Below, piece by piece: positions 1 through 8,973 of a stretch of 37,697 nt of DNA. The translations under genes and the position numbers were made by a program. The notes beneath the pieces are model-generated. The model saw nothing but the letters and a program-made list of their open reading frames with translations, was not told where the DNA came from and did no database searches. This stretch comes from Candidatus Eiseniibacteriota bacterium. Lineage in GTDB: Bacteria; Eisenbacteria; RBG-16-71-46; DASYSL01. The stretch is taken from assembly GCA_031431875.1 (NCBI GenBank), contig JANPEF010000116.1, positions 1-37,697 on the forward strand, written 5' to 3'. Numbering within the stretch: position 1 is the stretch's first letter; each line of letters starts with the position of its first letter.

Positions 1-321
1 ATCGAACCCGTTGACGAAGTAGTCGAAGCTGCCGTTGTTGTCCGGATCCTCGCGCGTCGCGCAGGAGGGATAGGTCGGATCGGCGACCGCGATGTCGTTG
101 CGCGGATCCTCGCGGTTGATGGCACAACCGCTCCCCGTGAACGCATCCGCGAAGCTGACCATGTCGTTGCCGTTGCCGTCGATGATAGGTGGCGTCTGCG
201 CGAGTGCCGGCGTTGCCCCGGACGACAGGAGCATCGCGGTACACATCGCGAGGAAGCCACGCGTGATTCGGCTGCTACACAACCCGACGGCGTCGCGCAG
301 TGCCTCAAGCGTGTGAGTCAT
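1..321 (-). CDS. Secreted protein, N-terminal part only (runs off the left edge)
   Basis: Not in the ORF track. Manual translation from ATG at 321 gives MTHTLEALRDAVGLCSSRITRGFLAMCTAMLLSSGATPALA|QTPPIIDGNGNDMVSFADAF..., open to base 1. GGAGG SD at 332-336 and an ALA-Q signal peptidase site. Confidence 0.8.
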   Translation of the reverse strand, partial: MTHTLEALRDAVGLCSSRITRGFLAMCTAMLLSSGATPALAQTPPIIDGNGNDMVSFADAFTGSGCAINREDPRNDIAVADPTYPSCATREDPDNNGSFDYFVNGFD

Positions 322-584
322 GGGAACAGAACCTCCGGTCTTCGGAACACGGATGCAACTGGAGCACACGACGGGACGGGCGGCCCGACGCATTCGGGAG
401 CGACCGCGCGCGTGGAGCGCGGTGAAACAAGGCAAATCTCGACGCGCGCGGCCGGGCGGCGACACGGGCGTCGTGACTGGAGCGTGAATCGTGTGTCTCG
501 TGACGCGCCCGTCCCTGGGAGCACCCTCACCGGGGTCATGCCGCCGTCAAGATTGCGACATGCAGAATGCACGGGACCGGTGAC

Positions 585-624
585 TGGCGATGTGCACAAT
601 ATTCCTCTTATCGCACATCGTCAA
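585..624 (-). promoter_or_regulatory. Sigma70-type promoter overlapped by an 11-bp inverted repeat
   Basis: Minus strand TTGACG (624-619)-N17-TATTGT (601-596). Inverted repeat TGGCGATGTGC (585-595) / GCACATCGTCA (613-623), one mismatch. Confidence 0.55.
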
Positions 625-849
625 GCCCTTCCGCCCTTCAGTCTGCACGCCGTCTGGGGCCTAGTTCCTTGTCTCACAATGAAATACTCGCCCCGACTCG
701 TCTGGGTCAAACAGCCCATCCCTCCCAGGACCGTTCCCCCGACCAGGGGACAGCCTGTGTCGTTTTGACGCATCCATCAAGGCGCTCCGACGGGATCTGG
801 GCCGAATGACCCGATGCGAGGGGACCGGCGGATTCGGTAGTCTCGAGGT

Positions 850-1383
850 GTGCGCTCTCCCTCTTCGATCGTGCTCGTGGGCTTTATGGGCAGCGGCAAG
901 TCGACGGTCGGACCGGCGCTCGCGTCCCGCCTCGCAGTGGGCTTCATCGACCTCGACGCCGCGCTCGAAGCCTCCTCCGGGCGAACGATCCAGGCCTGGT
1001 TCGAGACCCGGGGCGAGCCGGCGTTTCGCGACGCCGAGCGCGCCGAACTGGCCAACACGCTCGAACAGGCGCGCGGCGGAGCCGTGATCGCGCTCGGCGG
1101 CGGAGCCTTCGCCGAGCCGGCGACGCGGGCGCTCCTCGCGGGACGGACGCGCACGGTCTGGCTCGACGTCCCGCTGGCCGCAATCCGCTCGCGCATCACC
1201 GCGGACGGCGGACGTCCGCTCTACAACGATCCCGCAGCCGTGGCGCGCCTGTTCGCCGCCCGGCAGGCCGCGTACGCGGGCGCCGACATCCGCATTGACG
1301 GTGAAGCGGCGGCCGAGGTCGTCGTCGAGCGCATTGTCGCCGAACTCGCGGCCCGCTTCGGATCGGATGCTGGCGAGGCGTGA
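850..1383 (+). CDS. aroK: Shikimate kinase
   Basis: VLVGFMGSGKST Walker A, FIDLD, GEPAFRDAE, ALGGGA and RPL motifs. Confidence 0.95.
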   Translation: MRSPSSIVLVGFMGSGKSTVGPALASRLAVGFIDLDAALEASSGRTIQAWFETRGEPAFRDAERAELANTLEQARGGAVIALGGGAFAEPATRALLAGRTRTVWLDVPLAAIRSRITADGGRPLYNDPAAVARLFAARQAAYAGADIRIDGEAAAEVVVERIVAELAARFGSDAGEA

Positions 1384-1435
1384 CGGCCCCGCCTATACTT
1401 CCGCCGGTCGCCGTTCCCCCCGGCCGGAGGGCTAC

Positions 1436-2431
1436 ATGCGCATTGTCAGGACGCTGACGCGGCTCGCTACCCGCGCTCCCTCACCGTGGCCGGTCCTCTC
1501 GGTCTACGTGAACACGCGCCCGGTCGGCCCCCTGATGACGACCTACCGGACGTTTCTCAAGAAGCGCATGGCCGAGGAGCTGGCGCCGTTCCCGCAGCGT
1601 TCACCCGAGCGCGAGAGCCTGGTCGTCGACTTCGCCCGTGTGCAGCACTATCTCGACTACGACCTGCGCCCCGAGACCCGCGCCGCCGCGGTCTTCTCGA
1701 GCTACGCCGCCGACGACACGTTCGATGCCGTCCAGCTCCCGCTCGAGTTCCCCGAGCCGCTGGTCGTCGTCGGCCCCCAGCCCACGCTCTACCCGCTGCT
1801 CGTGGTGATGGACCGCGAGCGCCGCGCCGTCGCGCTCGTCGCTGACGGCCGCACGGCGCGCCTGTTCGTGGTGTCGCTCGGCGCCGTCGTCACACGCCGC
1901 GAGGTGCGCGCCGCCGGAACCGAGATCACCACCGCCGGGCAGACCGCCCCCCGCTTCGCCACCGACGCCGCACAGGCGCTCGCCGACCTGGCGACCCAGG
2001 AAACCGCGTCGCACGTCCTGCTGGGCGGAGATCCCACGGTGGTCGCCGCCATCCGTGCGGTGTTGCCGGCGCCATGGGGGGGTCGGGTGCTGCCGGCCGG
2101 CGACTGGGATCCGCGCATCGCCGAGGAGCCCCTCGCCGCCGACGTCTTCGCGCGCCTGGAGGCCCGCCGGGCCGAGGAGCGCGCCGTGGATGCCCAGGGC
2201 CTGGTCGCTGCCGCTTCGGCCGGAGCTGCCGCCCTGGGCGTCGAGAAGACGCGCGCCGCTCTGCTCGACCGGACCGCCGACCGGCTCCTCCTCGGCGCCG
2301 GGTTCGCCGACGTCGCCGCCCGCGAGGAGCTGGGCGGGCTCGCGCTCTCGCGGGGCGCGCTGGTGCTGCTCGTTCCGGTCGACGTTGTGCCGGCGTTCGA
2401 TGCGGTCGGCGTCGGCGCGATGCGCGGCTGA
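1436..2431 (+). CDS. eRF1-like bacterial release-factor-family protein (baeRF10-like)
   Basis: ATG 1436 follows GGAGGG. Motifs PVLSVYVNT, SPERESL..DFARV..YL, P.LYPL, VAD...ARLF, LLGGD and C-terminal GVGA resemble baeRF/eRF1 domains 1-3. Confidence 0.7.
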   Translation: MRIVRTLTRLATRAPSPWPVLSVYVNTRPVGPLMTTYRTFLKKRMAEELAPFPQRSPERESLVVDFARVQHYLDYDLRPETRAAAVFSSYAADDTFDAVQLPLEFPEPLVVVGPQPTLYPLLVVMDRERRAVALVADGRTARLFVVSLGAVVTRREVRAAGTEITTAGQTAPRFATDAAQALADLATQETASHVLLGGDPTVVAAIRAVLPAPWGGRVLPAGDWDPRIAEEPLAADVFARLEARRAEERAVDAQGLVAAASAGAAALGVEKTRAALLDRTADRLLLGAGFADVAAREELGGLALSRGALVLLVPVDVVPAFDAVGVGAMRG

Positions 2432-2439
2432 CGCGCGGC

Positions 2440-3075
2440 GTGAACCTCGATCCGGCGACCCTTTCGGCCTCGCACCGTTACCGCTGGTTGATCAGCCTGA
2501 TCGTGCCCCGGCCGATCGCGTTCGTCTCGACGCGGGCGCCCGACGGGACGCTCAATCTGGCGCCTTTCTCGTTCTTTACCGGGGTGTCGTCGGATCCGTT
2601 CCTGGTCGCCATCTCGGTGTCCCAGCGCGAGGGCCGGCCCAAGGACACGGCGCACAACATTGCCGCCAGCGGCGAGTTCGTGGTCAACGCCGCGGGGGAG
2701 GCGCACGCGGCAGCGATCAACCGGGCGAGCGGCGACTGGGATCCGGACGTCGACGAGTTCGCGCTCGCCGGCCTCACCGCCGCACCCTCGGTCAAGGTCG
2801 CCCCACCGCGGGTCGCCGAGGCCGCCTATGCGCTCGAGTGCCGGCTCGAGCGCACGATCGTGCTCGGAGCGCCGCCGCGCCAGACCAGCCTCATTCTCGG
2901 GGAAGTGGTGTGGATGCACGTCCAGGACGCGGTGCTCGAGGACGCGCGCGAGGGCGAGCCGCAGCTCGCCGACCCGGAGCGCCTGCGCCCGCTCGCCCGC
3001 CTCGGACGAAACCTCTACACGACGCTCGGCGCACTGCTCGCCATCGATCGTCCGCGCGGGCGCCGACCGGACTAG
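2440..3075 (+). CDS. Flavin reductase family protein (DIM6/NTAB)
   Basis: GTG start. IVPRPIAFVST, NLAPFSFF, KDTAHNI, GEFVVN and ARLG..Y motifs. Confidence 0.9.
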   Translation: MNLDPATLSASHRYRWLISLIVPRPIAFVSTRAPDGTLNLAPFSFFTGVSSDPFLVAISVSQREGRPKDTAHNIAASGEFVVNAAGEAHAAAINRASGDWDPDVDEFALAGLTAAPSVKVAPPRVAEAAYALECRLERTIVLGAPPRQTSLILGEVVWMHVQDAVLEDAREGEPQLADPERLRPLARLGRNLYTTLGALLAIDRPRGRRPD

Positions 3076-3088
3076 GTCGGCCGGAGTC

Positions 3089-4480
3089 CTAAGCCGCCTT
3101 TGCCGGCTCCCCCTCCGGGCCGGGTGGCCGCGACGAAGACTCGGCGTGACGTTGTGGCAGCCGCGCCGACAGCAGGAACGCCGCACCCGCCGCCACCAGC
3201 GCCGCCGCGAAGACGACCAGCGGCCCCGTCCAGTCCGCCAGCACGCCCGCCAGCGCCGGCAGCAACATGAACGGTCCCAGGAACGAGTTCATGAGCCCGA
3301 CGTACGATGGCCGGCGCGCCGCCGGCGCGATGGCCAGCAGCAGGCTCTGGTAACCGATATTGGTGCCGCTGACCGCGGCGCCCACCCCGGCGAAAGCCGC
3401 GAGCAACAGTGCCGGCCGCGCCTCGGGCGGCGCGATCGGCGTGACCAGCGCGAGCCCGGGCGCGACCGCCGCCGCGAGCGCAACCGCGCGCATCAGGCTC
3501 CGGTGGCCCCGGTGCGTGGCGATCCGTTGCCACCACAGGTTCGAGGCGACGAATCCCGCGATGCGCGCCGTCACGAACCCGCCGACCACCGCAGGGGCGA
3601 GGGCGAGCGGCCCCAACGCGTAAAGCACCAGGAAAGGCACCGCGGCGAACGACCCGGCCAGCGCGACGCGCGTGCCGAAGAGCGCGCGGAACGCCGGATC
3701 GCGCCAGGCCACCTTGAGGTTCTCGCGCAGGTGCACACCCATGTGCAGCGCCTTGCGGCTGATCTCGACCGGCGGCTCGTGCGCCGCCGTGAAGGCGAAC
3801 GCTCCGGCGCCGATGAACAGCGTCGCCATGCCGAACAGGATGCCGTAGCGCAGCGAGAAGCCGGGCAGGGTCAGGATGGACTGGATGAGGAAGCCACACC
3901 CCACCGCCAGCAGGCCGCCGAAGAACAGGCGATAGGCCCACATGCGAGCATGCCATTCCATCGGGATCGTGCGCCCCACGACGTCGTAGAACGATACCGC
4001 CGAGAATCCGCCGGCGAAGGCGAAGCACGAGAACGTGGCGAAGAAGATCGCCAGCGTGACCCCGGGCGCTCGATCACCGACGAACCAGATCGCGAGCGTC
4101 GTGACGACCAGGCCCGCCACGCGCACGTAAACCATCGCCCGATACAGCGGCAGGCGGCGACGGCGACTCTCGACGAAGGCGATGGTCAGGATCTGCGGCA
4201 GGTACCAGCCGGCTTCCACCAGTGAAACGGCCAGCCCGACGATGCCGCTGCTGTGGGTCAGCCCGCTGACGAACAGGGCGAGGATCGTCGCCGCCTCGAT
4301 GAACGTCTCGCCGACATTGAACAACACGCCGTTCCAGACGGTCAGCCGGAAGTTGCGGCGCGCCGCGGCCGCGGAGTCGAACGGCGGTGCGGCCGGCGGC
4401 GGCCCGGGCGGCGGAGGTTCGACCCCAAACGAGGAACCCCCGGCCGACGGGCCGGGGGTCTCGGACTGCGTCGACCGCAA
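3089..4480 (-). CDS. MFS transporter
   Basis: About 12 hydrophobic segments with RRNF..., YLPQI and RRPSYVGL. The start is probably TTG 4480, just after the upstream stop; the track start at 4618 overlaps the upstream gene. Confidence 0.85.
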   Translation of the reverse strand: MRSTQSETPGPSAGGSSFGVEPPPPGPPPAAPPFDSAAAARRNFRLTVWNGVLFNVGETFIEAATILALFVSGLTHSSGIVGLAVSLVEAGWYLPQILTIAFVESRRRRLPLYRAMVYVRVAGLVVTTLAIWFVGDRAPGVTLAIFFATFSCFAFAGGFSAVSFYDVVGRTIPMEWHARMWAYRLFFGGLLAVGCGFLIQSILTLPGFSLRYGILFGMATLFIGAGAFAFTAAHEPPVEISRKALHMGVHLRENLKVAWRDPAFRALFGTRVALAGSFAAVPFLVLYALGPLALAPAVVGGFVTARIAGFVASNLWWQRIATHRGHRSLMRAVALAAAVAPGLALVTPIAPPEARPALLLAAFAGVGAAVSGTNIGYQSLLLAIAPAARRPSYVGLMNSFLGPFMLLPALAGVLADWTGPLVVFAAALVAAGAAFLLSARLPQRHAESSSRPPGPEGEPAKAA

Positions 4481-4487
4481 GGTTCGA

Positions 4488-5240
4488 CTACCGGTACTCG
4501 CCCTTGATGCGGCCCCACGTCGAGGTCTCCGCGGGGGTCGGGCAATCGATGTCGATCTTGCCGTCGAAATGAGCGCTGTAGCCGGCCGGGAAGCTGCCGG
4601 CCCGGGCGAGCCAGCCACCCGTGACGCGGAACGGACAGGGCTGACCGCTCGGGCTCACCAGACCGAGCCGGTCGCCGGCCACCCAGACGCCGTTGGCCAC
4701 CGAGGGCTGGCCGGAATCGGCGTTGCCCGAGAGGACCACCTGGTCGCTGTTGCGGCGGATGAACGTCACGGTCAGCGACTGGAAGTTGCCCGCCAGCACG
4801 AGCGAACCGTCCGCGAACGTTCCCGGAACCGTCGCATTCGGCGGATTCGTGCCGAAGCTGGCGTTCGTCGCACCGGTCCAGATCGCGATGGTCCACGCGT
4901 TCGGACCCCTGTTGTAGATGGTCCGGTAGGTGTTGGCGAACCCGCCCGGCGTGATCACGGTGCCGGCCGAGACGAGATTGTTCATGTGGTACGTGTACTC
5001 GGTGCCAGGCGGAATCGGCTCGAGGGGCGAGAGCGGCCCCGCGAAGTCGTCGATGATGCCGACGGCACTGAGCTGGCTGCCAGCATTGGAGATGTAGGTC
5101 GCAGCGTTGTAGTTCGTCTCCCAGGCGTAGCTGTTCGGACCCCAGTCGGCGATGGTGCCGGTCTGGGCGAACGCAGCGGCGGGAGCGAGGACCACGAACA
5201 GCGCGGCCATCAGCGCGAGTCTGTTTCCTCTTCGGGTCAT
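4488..5240 (-). CDS. Secreted beta-rich hypothetical protein with C-terminal TWGRIKGEYR tag
   Basis: AAGGAGGA SD before ATG 5240 and signal peptide ending AFA-Q. Paralog of 5308-5994. Confidence 0.85.
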   Translation of the reverse strand: MTRRGNRLALMAALFVVLAPAAAFAQTGTIADWGPNSYAWETNYNAATYISNAGSQLSAVGIIDDFAGPLSPLEPIPPGTEYTYHMNNLVSAGTVITPGGFANTYRTIYNRGPNAWTIAIWTGATNASFGTNPPNATVPGTFADGSLVLAGNFQSLTVTFIRRNSDQVVLSGNADSGQPSVANGVWVAGDRLGLVSPSGQPCPFRVTGGWLARAGSFPAGYSAHFDGKIDIDCPTPAETSTWGRIKGEYR

Positions 5241-5307
5241 TGCCGTCCTCCTTCGGTCGAGCGGTTGTGCCATGCACATGGGGGCGCGCTCGACTCTCCT
5301 ATGAATG

Positions 5308-5994
5308 CTAGCGCCGATACGTCGACTTGACCTGGCCCCACGACTTCGTCACTGCTGGCACGACGTCGGGAACGCGAATTTCGCCGTCCACCTGGTGCTG
5401 GTAACCCGCCGGAGCGCCGGTGCCACCGCCGCTGGTCAGACCTGCGAAGGTCCAACCACCGAGCTGGGCTGCCGGAATCGAACCGCTCTGCGAACCACGG
5501 TTGAAGGCGATGTCGCCGTTGAACGAGCCGGTCCCGGACGACAGATCGATCGTCAGGACGAAGTTGGTGACGGTCCCGCCGAGGATGTTCGTGCCATCGA
5601 TGAAGGTCGACGGCGCAGTCGCATTCCCGGGATTGGTGCCGTAGTCGGCCGCCGTGCCGAACGCGCGCGAGTCTTCGAAGATGTCGAAGTCACCCGCCGT
5701 GTAGAACACGAAGAGAAACGGTGCAGCGGTCTCCGTCGACACGGCCGACAGGTTGTTGAAGCGGTACGTGTACTCGTTGCTGACGTTGTTGATGGTCAGC
5801 AGCGAGGGATTCACCGACACCACCAGGCCGAGCGAGTTGTAGCCGTCGCCGACGTTGCCGAAGCCTGGCGTCGTGTTCGGATCCTCGTAGTCGAATCCGC
5901 GGAAATCCGCGAGGAACTGATCGGCCTGCGCCCCAGTGGGAAGCGCGAGCGCGGCCAGCGTCGCGAACAAAGCGAAGTGGTTTCTAGTTCTCAT
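5308..5994 (-). CDS. Secreted beta-rich hypothetical protein with C-terminal SWGQVKSTYRR tag
   Basis: GGAGGTG SD and signal peptide ending AQA-D. Shares the GTNP.NAT.P.TF.DG block with 4488-5240. Confidence 0.88.
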   Translation of the reverse strand: MRTRNHFALFATLAALALPTGAQADQFLADFRGFDYEDPNTTPGFGNVGDGYNSLGLVVSVNPSLLTINNVSNEYTYRFNNLSAVSTETAAPFLFVFYTAGDFDIFEDSRAFGTAADYGTNPGNATAPSTFIDGTNILGGTVTNFVLTIDLSSGTGSFNGDIAFNRGSQSGSIPAAQLGGWTFAGLTSGGGTGAPAGYQHQVDGEIRVPDVVPAVTKSWGQVKSTYRR

Positions 5995-6393
5995 CGGTCA
6001 CCTCCTCGAAGCTGCCCGATCCAGAGGGCAAGCCCCGAGTCGTGGGCTAGCGCCTGGGCGGTCTGGAACAAAACGACGAGCACAACGGACGGAACGGACG
6101 CACACCATGCTGCGTGCGGCAGCCGCTCGATTCGTCCATCACCTCCTTGGATTGACAGGCACAGAGGAGAGCCTGGCGCGTGATGCGCGGTGCTTCCATC
6201 CAGACGCGTCGCTCGCGGGGGGGGCACGAACGCCGTGAATGTGATCGCTGTTCCGAAATGCGTGGGCGGTGGCCCGACCGCGGTTTCGTCCTGATCGACT
6301 CCGGAAGCGTCGTCCGCGATGGGTTGTGCACGCGGGGTGGTCCTGTGGGACGACTTCCTTCAATTCAACCGGAGAAGGCTGACAAGCGACGGA

Positions 6394-6423
6394 AAGTTAG
6401 CATTGCGAAACGCCCGCAGTCAA
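6394..6423 (-). promoter_or_regulatory. Putative sigma70 promoter for the secreted-protein pair
   Basis: Minus strand TTGACT-N18-(TGn)TAACTT, about 400 nt upstream of ATG 5994. Confidence 0.4.
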
Positions 6424-6483
6424 GCAAAAGCTGATTGGGGGCAACGCTTTAGTGGAATCGTGCCCGAGATATCTTTGCCCGGA

Positions 6484-7482
6484 TCAGGCCCCGCGGCCGG
6501 GAGGCTCGATCTCATCCGCCAGGGCCAGCAGTGCCGCGTGGGCACCCACCGCCCCGGGACCGGCCGCGGCCAGCGCGCGCAGGCGGGCTGCCCAGGGGCC
6601 GGACCGCTCGGGGTCCGGCTCGGCGCGGGGCCGGTTGCGGTCCCCCAGGTCCCGGGCGATCCCCATGAGCCCGGTCGGGCGCTGCCCCTGCCACAGCGGC
6701 ACGGTGACGACATGCATGGGCAGGACGCGGCCGTCGGCGCCCAGGAAGTCGAGCTCGAGGGTGCGCCGCTGGCCGCTCAGGGCCTGCTGCACGGACTCGC
6801 GGGCCCGCGCCCGGTGCGACGCGGTGACCAGCGGCTCGAAGGGCCGGCCGATCAGTTCGGTCGTGTGGTACCCCAGCATCTCGAGCACGCGGCGGTTGAC
6901 CAGGCTGACGTTTCCCTCGGGATCGAGCGTGAAGATCACGTCCGAGGCCACGTCGAAAAGCTCGTGATAGCGCCGCTCCGACTCGGCCAGCTCCCGGTAC
7001 GAGCGCTCGAGCGCCAGCATGCGGTCCTCGAGCTTGCGCACCAGGCGCTCGTTGTATTCGCGCAGGTAGGTGCGCTCCTCGAGTTGCGCGCGGGGCGCGG
7101 CCGCGAGGCCGTTGCTGCGCTCCTCGACGGCGGCTTCGAGCTCGCGCAGAAGTTCCTCGGCCTCGGTCGGCTTCTCGAGGTAACGGTCGGCGCCCACGGA
7201 CAGGCCGAACTCGCGGTCCTTGGGATCGGTGTAGGTCGCCGAGTAGAGCAGGACCGGCACGTTGGCGAGCGTCGCGTGGTCGCGCACGGCGCGGCACAGC
7301 GCGAAGCCGTCGAGCCGCGGCATGAGGATGTCGGTGATGATCGCATCGGGGGTGCGCTTGCCGGCAACGGCCAGAGCCTCGGCCCCGTCTCCCGCCGGCC
7401 ACACTTCGTGCCCGGCGTGCTCGAGCTGAGTCCGCAGCAGGTGGAGACTCTGGTCGTTGTCGTCGACGATGAGAACCTTCAT
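6484..7482 (-). CDS. Response regulator receiver + PAS domain protein
   Basis: KVLIVDDN...TDILMPRLDGF...YLEKP receiver, a coiled coil, then PAS (ASDVIFTLDPEG...VN, GIARD). No output domain. Confidence 0.9.
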   Translation of the reverse strand: MKVLIVDDNDQSLHLLRTQLEHAGHEVWPAGDGAEALAVAGKRTPDAIITDILMPRLDGFALCRAVRDHATLANVPVLLYSATYTDPKDREFGLSVGADRYLEKPTEAEELLRELEAAVEERSNGLAAAPRAQLEERTYLREYNERLVRKLEDRMLALERSYRELAESERRYHELFDVASDVIFTLDPEGNVSLVNRRVLEMLGYHTTELIGRPFEPLVTASHRARARESVQQALSGQRRTLELDFLGADGRVLPMHVVTVPLWQGQRPTGLMGIARDLGDRNRPRAEPDPERSGPWAARLRALAAAGPGAVGAHAALLALADEIEPPGRGA

Positions 7483-7537
7483 CCGGGCTCCTTCCGGAGT
7501 GCGGAGACGTGCGGGGGGTGGGCGAAGGGTAAGGGAC

Positions 7538-8386
7538 TCACGCGTCCGGCCGCAAGGGTGCGGCGTGAGAACCGGGTGCGCCGGGCGAACGGACGGCGCG
7601 GATCGCCGAAAGAGCGGGTCCGCCGGGGGGACAGGTCTCGCGGGTGGCGAGGACCGTCAGGCCGGCCGCCTCGCCAAGGGCGGCCAGCTCGCCCGGGGCC
7701 AGCAGGTATGCCGGCCGTCGCGGGTGGCCGAACTGCGCCTGGGCCTGGTCAAACGTCTCCCACCAGAGTTCGCCTCCCGGCGCGAGCAGGTCGACCAGGG
7801 CCGGAAAGAGGGCCCGGTCGAGATAGCGAAAGCCGGTGACCAGTGCCAGTGAGCCGGCCCGGAACGGCAGCCGCCGCTCCGCATCGGCGACCACGAACGA
7901 GCCGGCAACCCCGGCCGCGGCGGCGAGGCGGCGGGCGCGCGCCAGTGCATCCGGCAGGAGATCGAGTCCCGTTGCGGCGAAGCCGCGCGCGGCCAGCGCG
8001 GCGACGACGCGCCCGCTGCCGCAGGCGACGTCGAGCGTCGACGCCCCGGCCGGCAGGGCGGCAACGGCCAGGCACGTGGTCAGCCACTCGGGCGCGCGCC
8101 ACGCCACCCGGCGCGGCGGACCGATCTCCGTGCGATCATCCGCGAGGTCGGGCGGAGCGGCACTGGCGCCCGCCGAGCCGCGGGCGTGCAGGCGGGCGAC
8201 CGCGGCTGCCGTGGCAGCCGCGTTGCCGGCCACGACGAAGAACGCGTCCTCGCGGGGCGGCAACTCGGCGGCCCGCAGGTTCCACTCGTCGACCGGAAGG
8301 TGCGCCGCGCCCGGGGCGTGCCCGCGCAGGAAGTCGGCTTGCGGACGTCCGTCGAGGACGAGCCCCTCGCCTACTCCGCGTCCCAG
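7538..8386 (-). CDS. Rhodanese-like + class I SAM-dependent methyltransferase fusion
   Basis: LDVACGSGR motif I and FRYLDR. The in-frame extension upstream of the track start (8263) reads LVLDGRPQADFLRGHAPGAAHLP, a rhodanese N-terminus. Start uncertain; CTG 8386 proposed. Confidence 0.75.
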   Translation of the reverse strand: MGRGVGEGLVLDGRPQADFLRGHAPGAAHLPVDEWNLRAAELPPREDAFFVVAGNAAATAAAVARLHARGSAGASAAPPDLADDRTEIGPPRRVAWRAPEWLTTCLAVAALPAGASTLDVACGSGRVVAALAARGFAATGLDLLPDALARARRLAAAAGVAGSFVVADAERRLPFRAGSLALVTGFRYLDRALFPALVDLLAPGGELWWETFDQAQAQFGHPRRPAYLLAPGELAALGEAAGLTVLATRETCPPGGPALSAIRAVRSPGAPGSHAAPLRPDA

Positions 8387-8973
8387 AGGATCTCCAGGTC
8401 GAGACTGCCGTTGGGCGCGCCCCGCTTGATGTTCGGCTTGCCGACGCGGCGCAGCTCACGCGGCGCGATCAGGTCGATGGTGACGTTGCCCTTCACCTTC
8501 TCGGCATCGCGCATGAGCAGCGCGCCGTGGGCCACCACCTCGAGCTTGTCTTCCTTCGCACCGCCGATGGCGAGCTGTCCGCTGGCCGCCGCCTCCTTGA
8601 ACGCGGCGCGGAGCAGGCCCGGCATGTCGCCGCCGAGCTGCATGCCTGCCGCGCCGGTGACGCTGCCGGCGAGGCGTCGCAGGAAGCTCACCAGGCTGTT
8701 GCGATCGTCGCGATCGGTGACCACCACCTGCAGATCGGTCGGGCCCTGGATGGTTTCCTTCAGAAACAGCATCGGCGGGTTGAAGCGCACGTGCTTGTCG
8801 TCCTCGATGCCCGCAATCAGTCCGGTCGTGGCGAAGACCTCGGCCTGTCCGGGCTGCGGGTAGATGAGCAATCCGTTGATCGTGTTCTGGGCCGCGGGGA
8901 CCTTCCGATCGCCGGTCTCGAACAGGGTGATGGAGCGGATGAGGACCGTGAGGATGCGGCGGGGGACGGACAT
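8371..8973 (-). CDS. Hypothetical protein
   Basis: GGAGG SD before ATG 8973 and strongly GC3-biased codons. No recognisable family. Confidence 0.75.
   Translation of the reverse strand: MSVPRRILTVLIRSITLFETGDRKVPAAQNTINGLLIYPQPGQAEVFATTGLIAGIEDDKHVRFNPPMLFLKETIQGPTDLQVVVTDRDDRNSLVSFLRRLAGSVTGAAGMQLGGDMPGLLRAAFKEAAASGQLAIGGAKEDKLEVVAHGALLMRDAEKVKGNVTIDLIAPRELRRVGKPNIKRGAPNGSLDLEILWDAE

Noticed and set aside
313..809. Plus-strand ORFs 313-768 and 567-809
   Set aside because: No SD, atypical codon usage and no motifs. The region reads as promoter and leader DNA.
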